Below are positions 7,698 to 16,762 of a stretch of 64,000 bases of DNA, piece by piece. The DNA is from Candidatus Methylomirabilota bacterium (GTDB lineage Bacteria > Methylomirabilota > Methylomirabilia > Rokubacteriales > DASRDR01). Under the pieces are notes generated by a model. It had not been told where the DNA came from. It ran no database searches and saw only the letters and a program-made list of their open reading frames with translations. Location of the stretch: NCBI GenBank assembly GCA_036558225.1, contig DATBGA010000085.1, positions 6,526-70,525 on the forward strand, in the 5' to 3' direction. The translations under genes and the position numbers were made by a program. How positions within the stretch are numbered: position 1 is the first letter of the stretch; every line of letters begins with the position of its first letter.

Positions 7698-8540
7698 ATG
7701 GGGCGGCTCGAGGGCAAGGTGGCCATGGTGACCGGGAGCGGTGGCCAGCGCGGCTTCGGGCGGGCGATCGCGCGGCGGCTGGCGACCGAGGGGGCGGACC
7801 TGGTGCTCACGGATGTCGCGCCGGCTGGCATCCGCGTCGTGGCCCGGAAGCCTGCGACCGGCTGGGGCGGCCTCGAGACGGTCGCCGACGAGGTCCGGGA
7901 GGCCGGCCGCCGGGCCGTCACCGCCCTGGTCGACGTGCGCGCGGTCGAGCAGATCCAGCGCGCCGTCGACCTCGCGGACCGGACCTTCGGCCGGATCGAC
8001 ATCCTCGTCAACAACGCCGCCGCCCCGCCCGGCGCCGATCGCGTCCCGGTGGTCGAGCTCCCGGAGGAGGCGTGGCGCGAGGTCCTGGAGACCAACCTCA
8101 CCGGCACGTACCTCTGCAGCAGGGCCGTCGCCGGGCTCATGGTGGCGCGGGGCACGCCGGGCCGCATCATCAACATGTCCTCGAACTGCGGGAAGGCTGG
8201 CTACCCGCGCCTCGCCGCCTACTGCGCCTCCAAGTTTGGCGTGATCGGGTTCACCCAGGCGCTCGCCATGGAGCTCGCGCCGCACCGCATCACCGTGAAC
8301 GCGATCTGTCCCGGCTCGGCCGACACCGACCGGCTCGACTACCTCGGGCGGCGCCCCGACGGGAGCTACGACGAGACGCTCCGCGCGGAGGCCCTCGCCC
8401 AGCGCGCGGCCCAGATCCCGCTCAGGCGCGTCGCCGGCGCCGAGGACGTCGCGGAGCTGGCGGCCTTCCTCGGATCGGACGCCGCGGGCTACGTCACCGG
8501 GCAGGCCATCAACCTGGCCGGCGGCGCCGTCATGCACTGA
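7698..8540 (+). CDS. SDR family oxidoreductase (FabG-like)
   Basis: ATG preceded by GGGAGGA. Rossmann motif VTGSGGQRGFG, NNAA, catalytic Y-x3-K (YCASK). Confidence 0.85.
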   Translation: MGRLEGKVAMVTGSGGQRGFGRAIARRLATEGADLVLTDVAPAGIRVVARKPATGWGGLETVADEVREAGRRAVTALVDVRAVEQIQRAVDLADRTFGRIDILVNNAAAPPGADRVPVVELPEEAWREVLETNLTGTYLCSRAVAGLMVARGTPGRIINMSSNCGKAGYPRLAAYCASKFGVIGFTQALAMELAPHRITVNAICPGSADTDRLDYLGRRPDGSYDETLRAEALAQRAAQIPLRRVAGAEDVAELAAFLGSDAAGYVTGQAINLAGGAVMH

Positions 8541-8617
8541 CGCCTGGCAGGCCCGCCGGGTTTGCGCTAGGCTGAGCACTGGCGCTCGTTGATCGGATCC
8601 TCTTCGCTCGCATCCAC

Positions 8618-9649
8618 ATGGAATCGGAACCGACCGTCCGGCGCGCGTGGCCCACCCGGGTCCGGGGACTCCGGGCGCTGGCCCCGGGTCTCTTGCTGGC
8701 CGGCTGTGGCCTGCTGGACTCGCCGGCGACGACGCTGACGCCGCGATCCGACTTCGGCTGGACGTCCCACCGGATCTTCCTCCAGATCCTGCGCTGGGAC
8801 ACGGCGATCTTTCTGGTGGTCCAGGCCCTGCTCCTCGTCGCGATCTTCCGGTTCCGGGAGCGCGAGCCGGGGCCGATCCCCCGGCAGGTGCGCGGCAGCG
8901 CGAAGCTCGAGCTCGCCTGGACGCTCATCCCGGCGGTCATCCTGACCTTCATCGCCTTCCCGACCGTGGGCGCGATCTTCCGGACGCAGGCTGCGCCTCC
9001 GAAGAACGCGCTCCGGGTGAAGGTCATCGGGCATCAGTGGTGGTGGGAGTTCCAGTATCCGGAGCTCGGGATCGTCACCGCCAGCGACCTCCACCTCCCG
9101 GCCGGGCGCCCGGTGAGCCTCGAGATCGCGAGCTCCGACGTCATCCACAGCTTCTGGGTGCCCCAGCTCGGCGGCAAGCGCGACGCGATCCCCGGCGACC
9201 TGACGCGCATCGTCCTCACTCCCGACGCGCCCGGGGAATACTACGGCCAGTGCGCCGAGTTCTGCGGCGCCTCGCACGCCAACATGCGCCACCTCGCCGT
9301 CGTCGAGCCGCCGGAGGCCTTCGACGCGTGGGCGGCGAGGCAGAAGGAGCCCGCGGCGGCCCCGCCCGACGGGTCCCCGGCGGCGGTGGGGCTCCAGACC
9401 TTCCGGACGGGCACGTGCGTCGGATGCCACACGGTGCGCGGGCTGTCGGCGGGCGGGATCGGGCCCGACCTCACCCACTTCGGCTCCCGCCGGACGATCG
9501 CCGGCGGCATCCTCCCGAACACGCCGGAGAACCTGGCGCGGTGGGTCCGGCACGCGCCGGCGCTGAAGCCCGGGTCGATCATGCCAGAGCAGCAGCTCTC
9601 CGACACGGAGGTCACGGCGCTGGTCGCGTACCTCCAGAGCCTCCGCTGA
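8618..9649 (+). CDS. ctaC: cytochrome c oxidase subunit II fused to a C-terminal cytochrome c domain (caa3-type)
   Basis: Lipobox LLAGC, two TM helices, CuA motif HSFWVP...CAEFCGASHANM, heme c motif CVGCH. Confidence 0.9.
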   Translation: MESEPTVRRAWPTRVRGLRALAPGLLLAGCGLLDSPATTLTPRSDFGWTSHRIFLQILRWDTAIFLVVQALLLVAIFRFREREPGPIPRQVRGSAKLELAWTLIPAVILTFIAFPTVGAIFRTQAAPPKNALRVKVIGHQWWWEFQYPELGIVTASDLHLPAGRPVSLEIASSDVIHSFWVPQLGGKRDAIPGDLTRIVLTPDAPGEYYGQCAEFCGASHANMRHLAVVEPPEAFDAWAARQKEPAAAPPDGSPAAVGLQTFRTGTCVGCHTVRGLSAGGIGPDLTHFGSRRTIAGGILPNTPENLARWVRHAPALKPGSIMPEQQLSDTEVTALVAYLQSLR

Positions 9650-9651
9650 GC

Positions 9652-12108
9652 ATGGCCGACGGCGCCCACGCCGCGTCCGTCGCCGTCGCGGCTACCGCTC
9701 CGCGGGCCGCCGAGGCCCGCGGCCTCGCGTCCTGGCTGACCACGGTCGACCACAAGCGGATCGGCCTCCTCTACGGTGGGACCGCCCTCGCGTTCTTCCT
9801 GCTCGCGGGGCTCGAGGCCCTCCTCATCCGGCTCCAGCTGGCCCGGCCCGAGGGTCAGCTCCTCGGCGCCCAGCGGTACAACGAGCTGTTCACGATGCAC
9901 GGCACCAGCATGGTGTTCCTGGCGCTGATGCCGCTGTCCGTCGCGTTCTTCAACTACCTCATCCCGCTGATGGTCGGCGCGCGCGACGTGGCCTTCCCCC
10001 GGCTGAACGCGCTCTCGTACTGGGTCTTCCTCCTCGGCGGGCTCTTCCTGAACGCGAGCTGGCTCGTCGGCACGCCCCCGGACGCCGGCTGGTTCGGCTA
10101 CGCGCCGCTCACGTCGAAGCCGTTCTCGATCGGGCCGCACTCCGACTTCTGGCTGCTCGCTCTGCTCTTCCTCGGGACGTCGAGCATCCTCGGGTCGCTG
10201 AACTTCCTGGTGACGATCCTCAACCTGCGGGCGCCCGGGATGACGTTCCTCCGGCTGCCCCTCTTCGTCTGGACGACCCTCGTCACCAACGTCCTCATCC
10301 TCCTCGCCTTCCCGCCGATCACGGTCGCGCTGATCTTCCTGATGTTCGACCGCTTCTTCGGGACCTCCTTCTACGTCCCCGCTGGCGGGGGCTCGCCGCT
10401 CCTATGGCAGCACCTGTTCTGGATCTTCGGCCACCCCGAGGTCTACATCCTGATCCTGCCCGCGATGGGGATCGTCTCCGAGGTGCTGCCGACCTTCGCG
10501 CGGAAGCCCCTGTTCGGCTACCCCTCGATGGTCTACGCGACCGCCCTCATCGGCTTCCTCGGCTTCGGCGTCTGGGCCCACCACATGTTCGCGGTCGGCA
10601 TGGGCCCGATCGCCGACTCGGCGTTCGGGCTGACGTCGATGCTCATCGCCATCCCGACCGGGATCAAGATCTTCAACTGGCTGTCGACCATGTGGGGCGG
10701 CGCGCTCCGCTTCCGGACCGCGCTCTGCTTCGCGGTGGCGTTCGTCGGGATGTTCACCATCGGCGGCCTGTCCGGCATCATGCACGCCTCCCCGCCGGTC
10801 GATCTCCAGCAGACCGACTCCTACTTCGTGGTGGCGCACTTCCACTACGTGCTCTTCGGCGGCACGGTCCTGGCGCTCTTCGCCGGCATCTACTACTGGT
10901 TCCCGAAGATGACGGGCCGCCTCCTCGACGAGCGGCTGGGGCAAGTCCACTTTTGGCTGATGCTGATCGGATTCAACCTGACCTTCTTCCCCATGCACTT
11001 CCTCGGGCTGATGGGCATGCCGCGGCGGATCTACACGTACGCGCCGGGGCTCGGGTGGGACTTCTGGAACCTGGTCTGCACCGTCGGCGCGGTCCTCCAG
11101 GGGGTCTCGCTCGTCGTGTTCGTCCTGAACGTGGCCCGGAGCCTGCGGTCGGGCGCCGTGGCCGGCCCGGACCCGTGGGACGGGCGGACGCTCGAGTGGG
11201 CGCTGCCGTCGCCGCCGCCCGAGTACAACTTCGCGGCGCTGCCCACGGTCCTCCGGCGCGACGCCCTCTGGCTCACCAAGTACCCCGACGCGCGCGGCCC
11301 TGGCCTCGCCGATGCGCGCGCGCTCGTCACGCCGGTCGGGCCGATTTACATGCCGGCACCGTCCCACTGGCCCCTCCTCACCGCCCTGGCGATGATCGTG
11401 CTGGTCGGGGGCGCCCTGCTCCACCTGGGCGTGGTGATCGCGGGGGGGCTCCTGACCCTGCTCGCCGTCCTGGCATTCGCGACCGAGCTCGTCCCGGCGC
11501 CCGCGGCCGACGGCATGCACACGGCCGGGCACCACGAGCACCCGCACATCGGGGCCACCGGCCTCGACCACCGGAAGCTGGGCATCTGGGTGTTCATCGG
11601 CTCCGAGTGCCTGTTCTTCGGAACGCTGATCTCGACCTACACGGTCTACCGGGGCCGGAGCCTCCAGGGACCGTATCCACACGAGATCCTGAACGTGCCG
11701 CTGATCACCGTGAGCACGTTCATCCTCCTGATGTCGAGCCTGACGATGGTCCTGGGGGTGGCGGCCATCCAGGCGCGGGACGTGCGCGCCGCCCGCCGCT
11801 GGCTCCTGGCGACCGCCGCCCTGGGATGCCTGTTCCTGGTCGGCCAGGTGTACGAGTTCAGCCACTTCGTCCACGAGGGGCTCGGGCTCACGACGAACCT
11901 GTTCGCCGCGACCTTCTACGTCATGGTCGGTTTCCACGGCACCCACGTGACGGTGGGCGTGCTCTGGCTCCTGGCTCTCTGGTATCTCCTGACGCGCGGC
12001 CGCCTCGGGGCCCGGGACGAGGCGCTGGTGGACATGGTCGGGCTGTACTGGCACTTCGTCGACGTCGTGTGGATCGCGATCTTCACCCTGGTCTATCTCA
12101 TCCAGTAG
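9652..12108 (+). CDS. ctaD: cytochrome c oxidase subunit I fused in frame to subunit III
   Basis: ATG at 9652, 2 nt after the ctaC stop. Subunit I signatures: WLTTVDHKRIG, WFFGHPEVYILILP-type segment, HHMF. Subunit III-like helices run from HHEHPHIGATGLDHRKLGIWVFIGSECLFF to ...WHFVDVVWI. The first ~335 codons of the 1153-aa track ORF are an out-of-frame overlap of ctaC and are rejected. Confidence 0.9.
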   Translation: MADGAHAASVAVAATAPRAAEARGLASWLTTVDHKRIGLLYGGTALAFFLLAGLEALLIRLQLARPEGQLLGAQRYNELFTMHGTSMVFLALMPLSVAFFNYLIPLMVGARDVAFPRLNALSYWVFLLGGLFLNASWLVGTPPDAGWFGYAPLTSKPFSIGPHSDFWLLALLFLGTSSILGSLNFLVTILNLRAPGMTFLRLPLFVWTTLVTNVLILLAFPPITVALIFLMFDRFFGTSFYVPAGGGSPLLWQHLFWIFGHPEVYILILPAMGIVSEVLPTFARKPLFGYPSMVYATALIGFLGFGVWAHHMFAVGMGPIADSAFGLTSMLIAIPTGIKIFNWLSTMWGGALRFRTALCFAVAFVGMFTIGGLSGIMHASPPVDLQQTDSYFVVAHFHYVLFGGTVLALFAGIYYWFPKMTGRLLDERLGQVHFWLMLIGFNLTFFPMHFLGLMGMPRRIYTYAPGLGWDFWNLVCTVGAVLQGVSLVVFVLNVARSLRSGAVAGPDPWDGRTLEWALPSPPPEYNFAALPTVLRRDALWLTKYPDARGPGLADARALVTPVGPIYMPAPSHWPLLTALAMIVLVGGALLHLGVVIAGGLLTLLAVLAFATELVPAPAADGMHTAGHHEHPHIGATGLDHRKLGIWVFIGSECLFFGTLISTYTVYRGRSLQGPYPHEILNVPLITVSTFILLMSSLTMVLGVAAIQARDVRAARRWLLATAALGCLFLVGQVYEFSHFVHEGLGLTTNLFAATFYVMVGFHGTHVTVGVLWLLALWYLLTRGRLGARDEALVDMVGLYWHFVDVVWIAIFTLVYLIQ

Positions 12109-12127
12109 GATCGAAGGGATCTCCAGG

Positions 12128-12499
12128 ATGGCGGACAGCGTGAGCGGAGAAGCCTCCAAGGCCCCGGACCCTCGCCGCGACGCGGGCGCGGCGCACGTGG
12201 GTGCGGGCCCGCGCACCTATCTCGTGGTCGCGGCGTTCCTGCTGGCGATCACCGTCATGGAGGTGTGGATCTTCTACGTCCCCGCGCTGGCGCGCGTCGT
12301 GGTCCCGATCCTGCTGATCCTCTCGACGCTGAAGTTCTCGCTGGTCGCCATGTTCTACATGCACCTCCGGTTCGACCACGCGTGGTTCTCCTACGTCTTC
12401 GTCGGGCCCATCCTCATCGCGATCGGCCTCGCCGTGGCGCTGCTCTGGCTGTTCGGCCACGTCGGCACCACCGGGATCCCTCCCGCCGGCGCCGGGTGA
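12128..12499 (+). CDS. prokaryotic cytochrome c oxidase subunit IV family protein
   Basis: Small 3-TM protein directly after the subunit I/III gene. TYLVVAAFLLAITVMEV resembles COX4_pro proteins. Confidence 0.7.
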   Translation: MADSVSGEASKAPDPRRDAGAAHVGAGPRTYLVVAAFLLAITVMEVWIFYVPALARVVVPILLILSTLKFSLVAMFYMHLRFDHAWFSYVFVGPILIAIGLAVALLWLFGHVGTTGIPPAGAG

Positions 12500-12504
12500 T
12501 CGAG

Positions 12505-13323
12505 ATGTCCGCGTTCCACTGGCATCCGGAGGTCGCGCTCGGCCTGGAGGCGCTCCTGGCCGGATACCTCCTGCTGACGGGCGTCCTCCGGCGCCGGCTC
12601 CGCTGGGGGCCGCCCCCCTCCCGCGGACGTGTCGCGGCGTTCGTGGGCGGCACCATCCTCCTGGCGGGCGCGGTGCTCGGGCCCCTCGCCGAGTGGGCCG
12701 AGCACGTGGCGCTCTCAGCGCACATGGCCCAGCACCTCGTGCTGATCCTGGTGGTGCCGCTGCTCTGGCTGCTCGGCCTTCCGCCCTGGCTCCTCGCGCC
12801 CGTCGCCCGCGCGCCCGTCGTCGGCCGGCTCGGCTGGCAGCTCACGCGTCCCCTGCCGGCGCTCGCGCTCGCCTCCGCGGTCCAGATCGCCTGGCACATC
12901 CCGGGGGCGTTCGACGCCGCCCTCCGCGTCGAGCGGCTCCACGCCCTCGAGCACGTCTCGTTCCTGGCCACCGGGCTCCTGCTCTGGTGGCCGGTCGCCG
13001 GACCCTCGCCCGAGTGGCCCCGGCCGACCCCGCCCGCCCAGCTCCTCTATCTCTTCCTCGCGACGATCCCGATGATGGCGATCGCCGCCCCGATCACGCT
13101 GGCCGACGACGTCCTCTACCCGTTCTACTCCGAGTCTGGCCGCGCCTGGCCGCTCGCGCCCCGCACGGACCAGGAGCTGGCGGGGATCCTCATGTGGGTG
13201 GGTGGGATGTTCGGGTACCTGATCGCGGGCACCGTGGTGTTCTTCCGGTGGGCGGGCCCCGAGGTCCTGGCGGACGGCGAGGTGCCCCTCGAAGGGGCGG
13301 AGGCGACGGCGCATGGCGGGTGA
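12505..13323 (+). CDS. ctaG: cytochrome c oxidase assembly factor CtaG (Caa3_CtaG family membrane protein)
   Basis: Start is MSAFHWHPEV. Polytopic membrane protein with the HMAQHLVLILVVPLL motif typical of Bacillus-type CtaG. Lies in the oxidase operon. Confidence 0.75.
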   Translation: MSAFHWHPEVALGLEALLAGYLLLTGVLRRRLRWGPPPSRGRVAAFVGGTILLAGAVLGPLAEWAEHVALSAHMAQHLVLILVVPLLWLLGLPPWLLAPVARAPVVGRLGWQLTRPLPALALASAVQIAWHIPGAFDAALRVERLHALEHVSFLATGLLLWWPVAGPSPEWPRPTPPAQLLYLFLATIPMMAIAAPITLADDVLYPFYSESGRAWPLAPRTDQELAGILMWVGGMFGYLIAGTVVFFRWAGPEVLADGEVPLEGAEATAHGG

Positions 13324-14272
13324 GGGTCGCATCGTCCGCGAGGGCGTCGTCGCCGGCCTGATCGGCGCCGTCGCGGTAGCCGTCCTGATCCTGGTCTTCG
13401 ACATCGCGGGCGGCACGCCGCTCCAGAGCCCGGCCATCCTGGGCTCCGCCATCTTCCAGGGCATTCGCGATCCCAACCTCGTGACGGTGTCGGCCGGCCC
13501 GGTCATCGGCTACACGATCGTCCACGGCCTCGGGTTCATCGCGGTCGGGCTCATCGCGGCGTTCCTGGTGGCGACCGCCGAGCGCGAGCCGGCGATGGTG
13601 CTGGCGCTTCTCATCTTCTTCGCCGCCTTCGAGGTTTTCTTCCTGGCGCTGATCGCCTTCTGGGCCCTGCCGGTCCTGGGGGTGCTGGCGTGGTGGGAGA
13701 TCCTCGCGGGCAACCTGGTGGCCTCGGCGGCGATGCTCTACTACTTCCACCGGTGCCACCCGGGCCTCGCGCGGAGCCTGATCGGCCGCTGGGTGGACGT
13801 CGTTCGCGAGGGCATCGTGGCCGGGCTCCTGGGCGGCTCGGTGGTCGCGGTCTGGTTCCTCCTCTACGACGCGGTTCGCCTGCGCCCGCTCCACACGCCC
13901 GCGCTCCTGGGCGCGGCGGTCCTGCAAGGCCTTCGCGATCCCGAGCAGCTCATCCCCCAGCTGGACGTCGTGGTCGGGTACACCGTCTTCCACTTCGCCG
14001 TCTTCGTGGTCTTCGGGATCGCGGTCGCGGCCTTCCTGCTCGCGGCCGAGCGCGAGCCCCGGATCCTGCTCGGCCTCCTCGTCCTCTTCCTCTGCTTCCA
14101 GGTCTTCTTCTTCGGGTTCCTGGAGGCGCTCGACGCGCTGCTCGCCGGCGTGCTCCCCTGGTGGAACGTGGCGATCGGGAATCTCCTCGCGTCGGTGGCC
14201 ATGATCACGTACTTCTTCCTCGGCCACCGCTCGCTGGGCTCCCGCCTCCTGGCGGGCTGGACCGAGGACTGA
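13313..14272 (+). CDS. hypothetical 8-TM membrane protein made of two homologous ~155-aa halves
   Basis: Halves are REGVVAGLIGAVAVAVLILVFDIAGG...AEREP... and REGIVAGLLGGSVVAVWFLLYDAVRL...AEREP.... The gene overlaps the ctaG stop by 11 nt. Confidence 0.6.
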   Translation: MAGEGRIVREGVVAGLIGAVAVAVLILVFDIAGGTPLQSPAILGSAIFQGIRDPNLVTVSAGPVIGYTIVHGLGFIAVGLIAAFLVATAEREPAMVLALLIFFAAFEVFFLALIAFWALPVLGVLAWWEILAGNLVASAAMLYYFHRCHPGLARSLIGRWVDVVREGIVAGLLGGSVVAVWFLLYDAVRLRPLHTPALLGAAVLQGLRDPEQLIPQLDVVVGYTVFHFAVFVVFGIAVAAFLLAAEREPRILLGLLVLFLCFQVFFFGFLEALDALLAGVLPWWNVAIGNLLASVAMITYFFLGHRSLGSRLLAGWTED

Positions 14273-14273
14273 C

Positions 14274-14296
14274 GCCCGGCCGACGTGACGGCCGGC
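14274..14296 (+). terminator. candidate stem-loop after the oxidase operon
   Basis: GCCCGGCCG-acgtga-CGGCCGGC lies 2 nt after the stop. No U-tract. Confidence 0.3.
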
Positions 14297-14512
14297 ACGC
14301 GCCGGTTCTCCACGCCTCGCACGCGCCCCGCTCTCTTGGTCCACGGTCGCTCGGCGCGCGCAGACGCCCCCCGGCGCGGGTGACCCCGAAGTAGGCGCGA
14401 CGATACTCGAAACGCCGCCGGCCGCGCGCGTCGCCGCCGAGGGATTCCGCCCCGCTCCCGCGGCTGCTCCGCGGCGACCCAGGCAGAGCCTCCCCCTGAT
14501 ATCCTAGGGGCC

Positions 14513-15652
14513 GTGTGGCCCGCTCCGGTGTGGATCCGGACAGCCGACGAGGCCGAGGCCCTCGCCCGCGACCTTCACGGCGTTCCGGCCGTCGCCCTCG
14601 ACACCGAGGCCGATAGCCTCCACCACTACCCCGAGCGCCTCTGCCTGATCCAGCTCGCGGACCCTCGGGGCCGCGCCTTCTTCCTGGACGCCCTCGCCCT
14701 CGTCGACCTCGAGCCCCTGCGGCCCCTCTTCGCCGATCCGGCCACCGTGAAGGTCCTCCACAGCGGGGACAACGACGTCGTGTACCTGAAGCGCCGGTTC
14801 GGCCTCGCGTTCGCCGGTCTGTCCGACACCATGCTGGCCGCGCGCTTCCTCGGCGTGCGGGAGCTCGGCCTCGAGCGCCTGCTCCTAAAGTACATGGACG
14901 TCCCGCCGGCGCGGTCGCAGCAGAAGACCGACTGGGCGCGCCGCCCGCTGACGCCCGCGCAGGAGCACTACGCGGCCGAGGACGTCCGTCACCTCATCCC
15001 GCTCCGGGACCGTCTCCTCGCCGACCTGCGCGCGATCGGGCGCGAGAGCTGGCTCGAGGAGGAGTGCGAGGCGCTGGCGGCCCTCCCCGTCCCCGAGCGC
15101 CCGTCCGACGAGGACGGGTACCGGCGGATCCGGGGCGCCTCACGGCTCGCGCCGCGCGGCCTCGGGATCCTGCGCGTCCTCTATCTCCAGCGGGAAGCGT
15201 GGGCGCGTGCGGAGCATCGCCCGCCCTTCAAGGTCCTCAACCCGGAGACGCTGATCGCCTTGGCCGAGCGTCAGCCGGTCGAGCCGGCGGCGCTCGCCGG
15301 CGTGCCGGGGCTCAGCCCCCGTCTAGTGGAGCGCTACGGAGAGGACCTCCTGGCGGCCGTGGCGCGGGGGATCGAGGCGGGGCCCCCGGAGCCGCCACGG
15401 GGGCCTCGGCCGGCGCGCCCCGTCGTCACCAACGCCAGTCGCCAGCGAGCCGACGCGCTCCGGAAGTGGCGGACGGAGGCGGCCGAGGGATCGGGTCTCG
15501 ACCCCGGCGTCCTCCTGCCTCAGCGCCTGATCGACGCCCTCGCGCTCGACCCGCCGACGGACCCCGCCGGCCTACGCCGCGTCCCCGGGCTCCGGGACTG
15601 GCGCGTCGACGCCTTCGGCCGGGCGATCCTGGCCGCGCTCCGAACGACCTGA
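14513..15652 (+). CDS. rnd: ribonuclease D (DEDD 3'-5' exonuclease + HRDC)
   Basis: Exo motifs ALDTEADSL, HSGDNDV and YAAEDV, plus a C-terminal HRDC-like region. GTG start. Confidence 0.85.
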   Translation: MWPAPVWIRTADEAEALARDLHGVPAVALDTEADSLHHYPERLCLIQLADPRGRAFFLDALALVDLEPLRPLFADPATVKVLHSGDNDVVYLKRRFGLAFAGLSDTMLAARFLGVRELGLERLLLKYMDVPPARSQQKTDWARRPLTPAQEHYAAEDVRHLIPLRDRLLADLRAIGRESWLEEECEALAALPVPERPSDEDGYRRIRGASRLAPRGLGILRVLYLQREAWARAEHRPPFKVLNPETLIALAERQPVEPAALAGVPGLSPRLVERYGEDLLAAVARGIEAGPPEPPRGPRPARPVVTNASRQRADALRKWRTEAAEGSGLDPGVLLPQRLIDALALDPPTDPAGLRRVPGLRDWRVDAFGRAILAALRTT

Positions 15653-15678
15653 CCAACCCCGGCCCCGGAGGACACTCG

Positions 15679-16740
15679 ATGGCTTCGCGGCTCCGCGTCG
15701 GCGTGATCGGCACCGGCTTCGGCTCGCTCGTCCAGATCCCGGCGTTTCGCGCCAATCCTCGCGTCGAGGTCGTCGCGGTCGCGAGCGGCGCGCCCGGCAA
15801 GGCCCGGAAGACGGCCGACGCCCTCGGCGTCCCCCACGCCTTCGACGACTGGCGGAAGCTCGTCGCCGCCGACCTCGACCTCGTCAGCATCACGACGCCA
15901 CCTAGCCTGCACCACGCGATGGCGCTGGCGTCCCTGGACGCCGGGCGCCACGTGCTCTGCGAGAAGCCCATGGCGATGTCGGCCGGCGAGGCGCAGGACA
16001 TGCTGACGCACGGGGAGCGGGCCCGGCGCGTCCACGTGATCGACCACGAGCTGCGCTTCAACCCGAACCGCCGGAAGGCGCGGCGACTCATCGAGGAGGG
16101 GTTCGTCGGCGCGCCGCGCCACGTCCTCCTCACGGCGGTCAACGCGAGCCGGCACGATCCGACGAAGCCCTGGAGCTGGTGGTACGACGACGCCCAGGGC
16201 GGCGGGCTGCTCGGCGCGGTCGGCTCCCACCAGGTGGATCTCCTGCGCTACTGGCTCGGGGAGGTGGCCGCGGTCACCGGCACCGCCGGTGCCTTCATCT
16301 CCGAGCGGCCCCTGCCGGACGGTCGCGGTCAGCGTCGGGTGACCGCCGACGACTTCACGACGTTCTCCCTCCGCTTCCGATCGGGGGCGATCGGCACGGT
16401 GGTCCTCAGCGCCGTCGCCACCCACACGGTCGGGCCGCGCACCGAAGTCTGGGGCGACGCGGGATCGCTCGTCCTCGACGAGGCGGACCGGCTCTGGGGC
16501 GGGAAGCTCGGCGAGCCGCTGGCCGAGCTGACCGAGCCGGAGACCCTGCCCACCCCGCCGGGCATGCAGTACGTCTCGCTGTGGGGACTGTCGTTCGTGC
16601 GGCTGGTGGACCATCTCGTCCAGGCCACCCTCGACGGCGCCCCCGTCGCGCCGGCCGCCACCTTCCACGACGGCGCCGCCGTGCAGCGCGTGCTCGACGC
16701 GGTCCGCCAGGTCACGCAGGCCGGCTGGGTCTCCGTCTGA
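15679..16740 (+). CDS. Gfo/Idh/MocA family oxidoreductase
   Basis: Start is MASRLRVGVIGTGFG (Rossmann). EKP motif CEKPMA. The upstream 205 codons of the track ORF overlap rnd and are rejected. Confidence 0.85.
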   Translation: MASRLRVGVIGTGFGSLVQIPAFRANPRVEVVAVASGAPGKARKTADALGVPHAFDDWRKLVAADLDLVSITTPPSLHHAMALASLDAGRHVLCEKPMAMSAGEAQDMLTHGERARRVHVIDHELRFNPNRRKARRLIEEGFVGAPRHVLLTAVNASRHDPTKPWSWWYDDAQGGGLLGAVGSHQVDLLRYWLGEVAAVTGTAGAFISERPLPDGRGQRRVTADDFTTFSLRFRSGAIGTVVLSAVATHTVGPRTEVWGDAGSLVLDEADRLWGGKLGEPLAELTEPETLPTPPGMQYVSLWGLSFVRLVDHLVQATLDGAPVAPAATFHDGAAVQRVLDAVRQVTQAGWVSV

Positions 16741-16762
16741 GGTAACCTCGGCTATCCGACGC

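Noticed and set aside
8647-9651. The first ~335 codons of the 1153-aa ORF 8647..12108, which would make a giant oxidase protein.
   Set aside because: This part overlaps ctaC in another frame and has a junk-like composition. A proper ATG at 9652 sits 2 nt after the ctaC stop and begins the conserved subunit I N-terminus.
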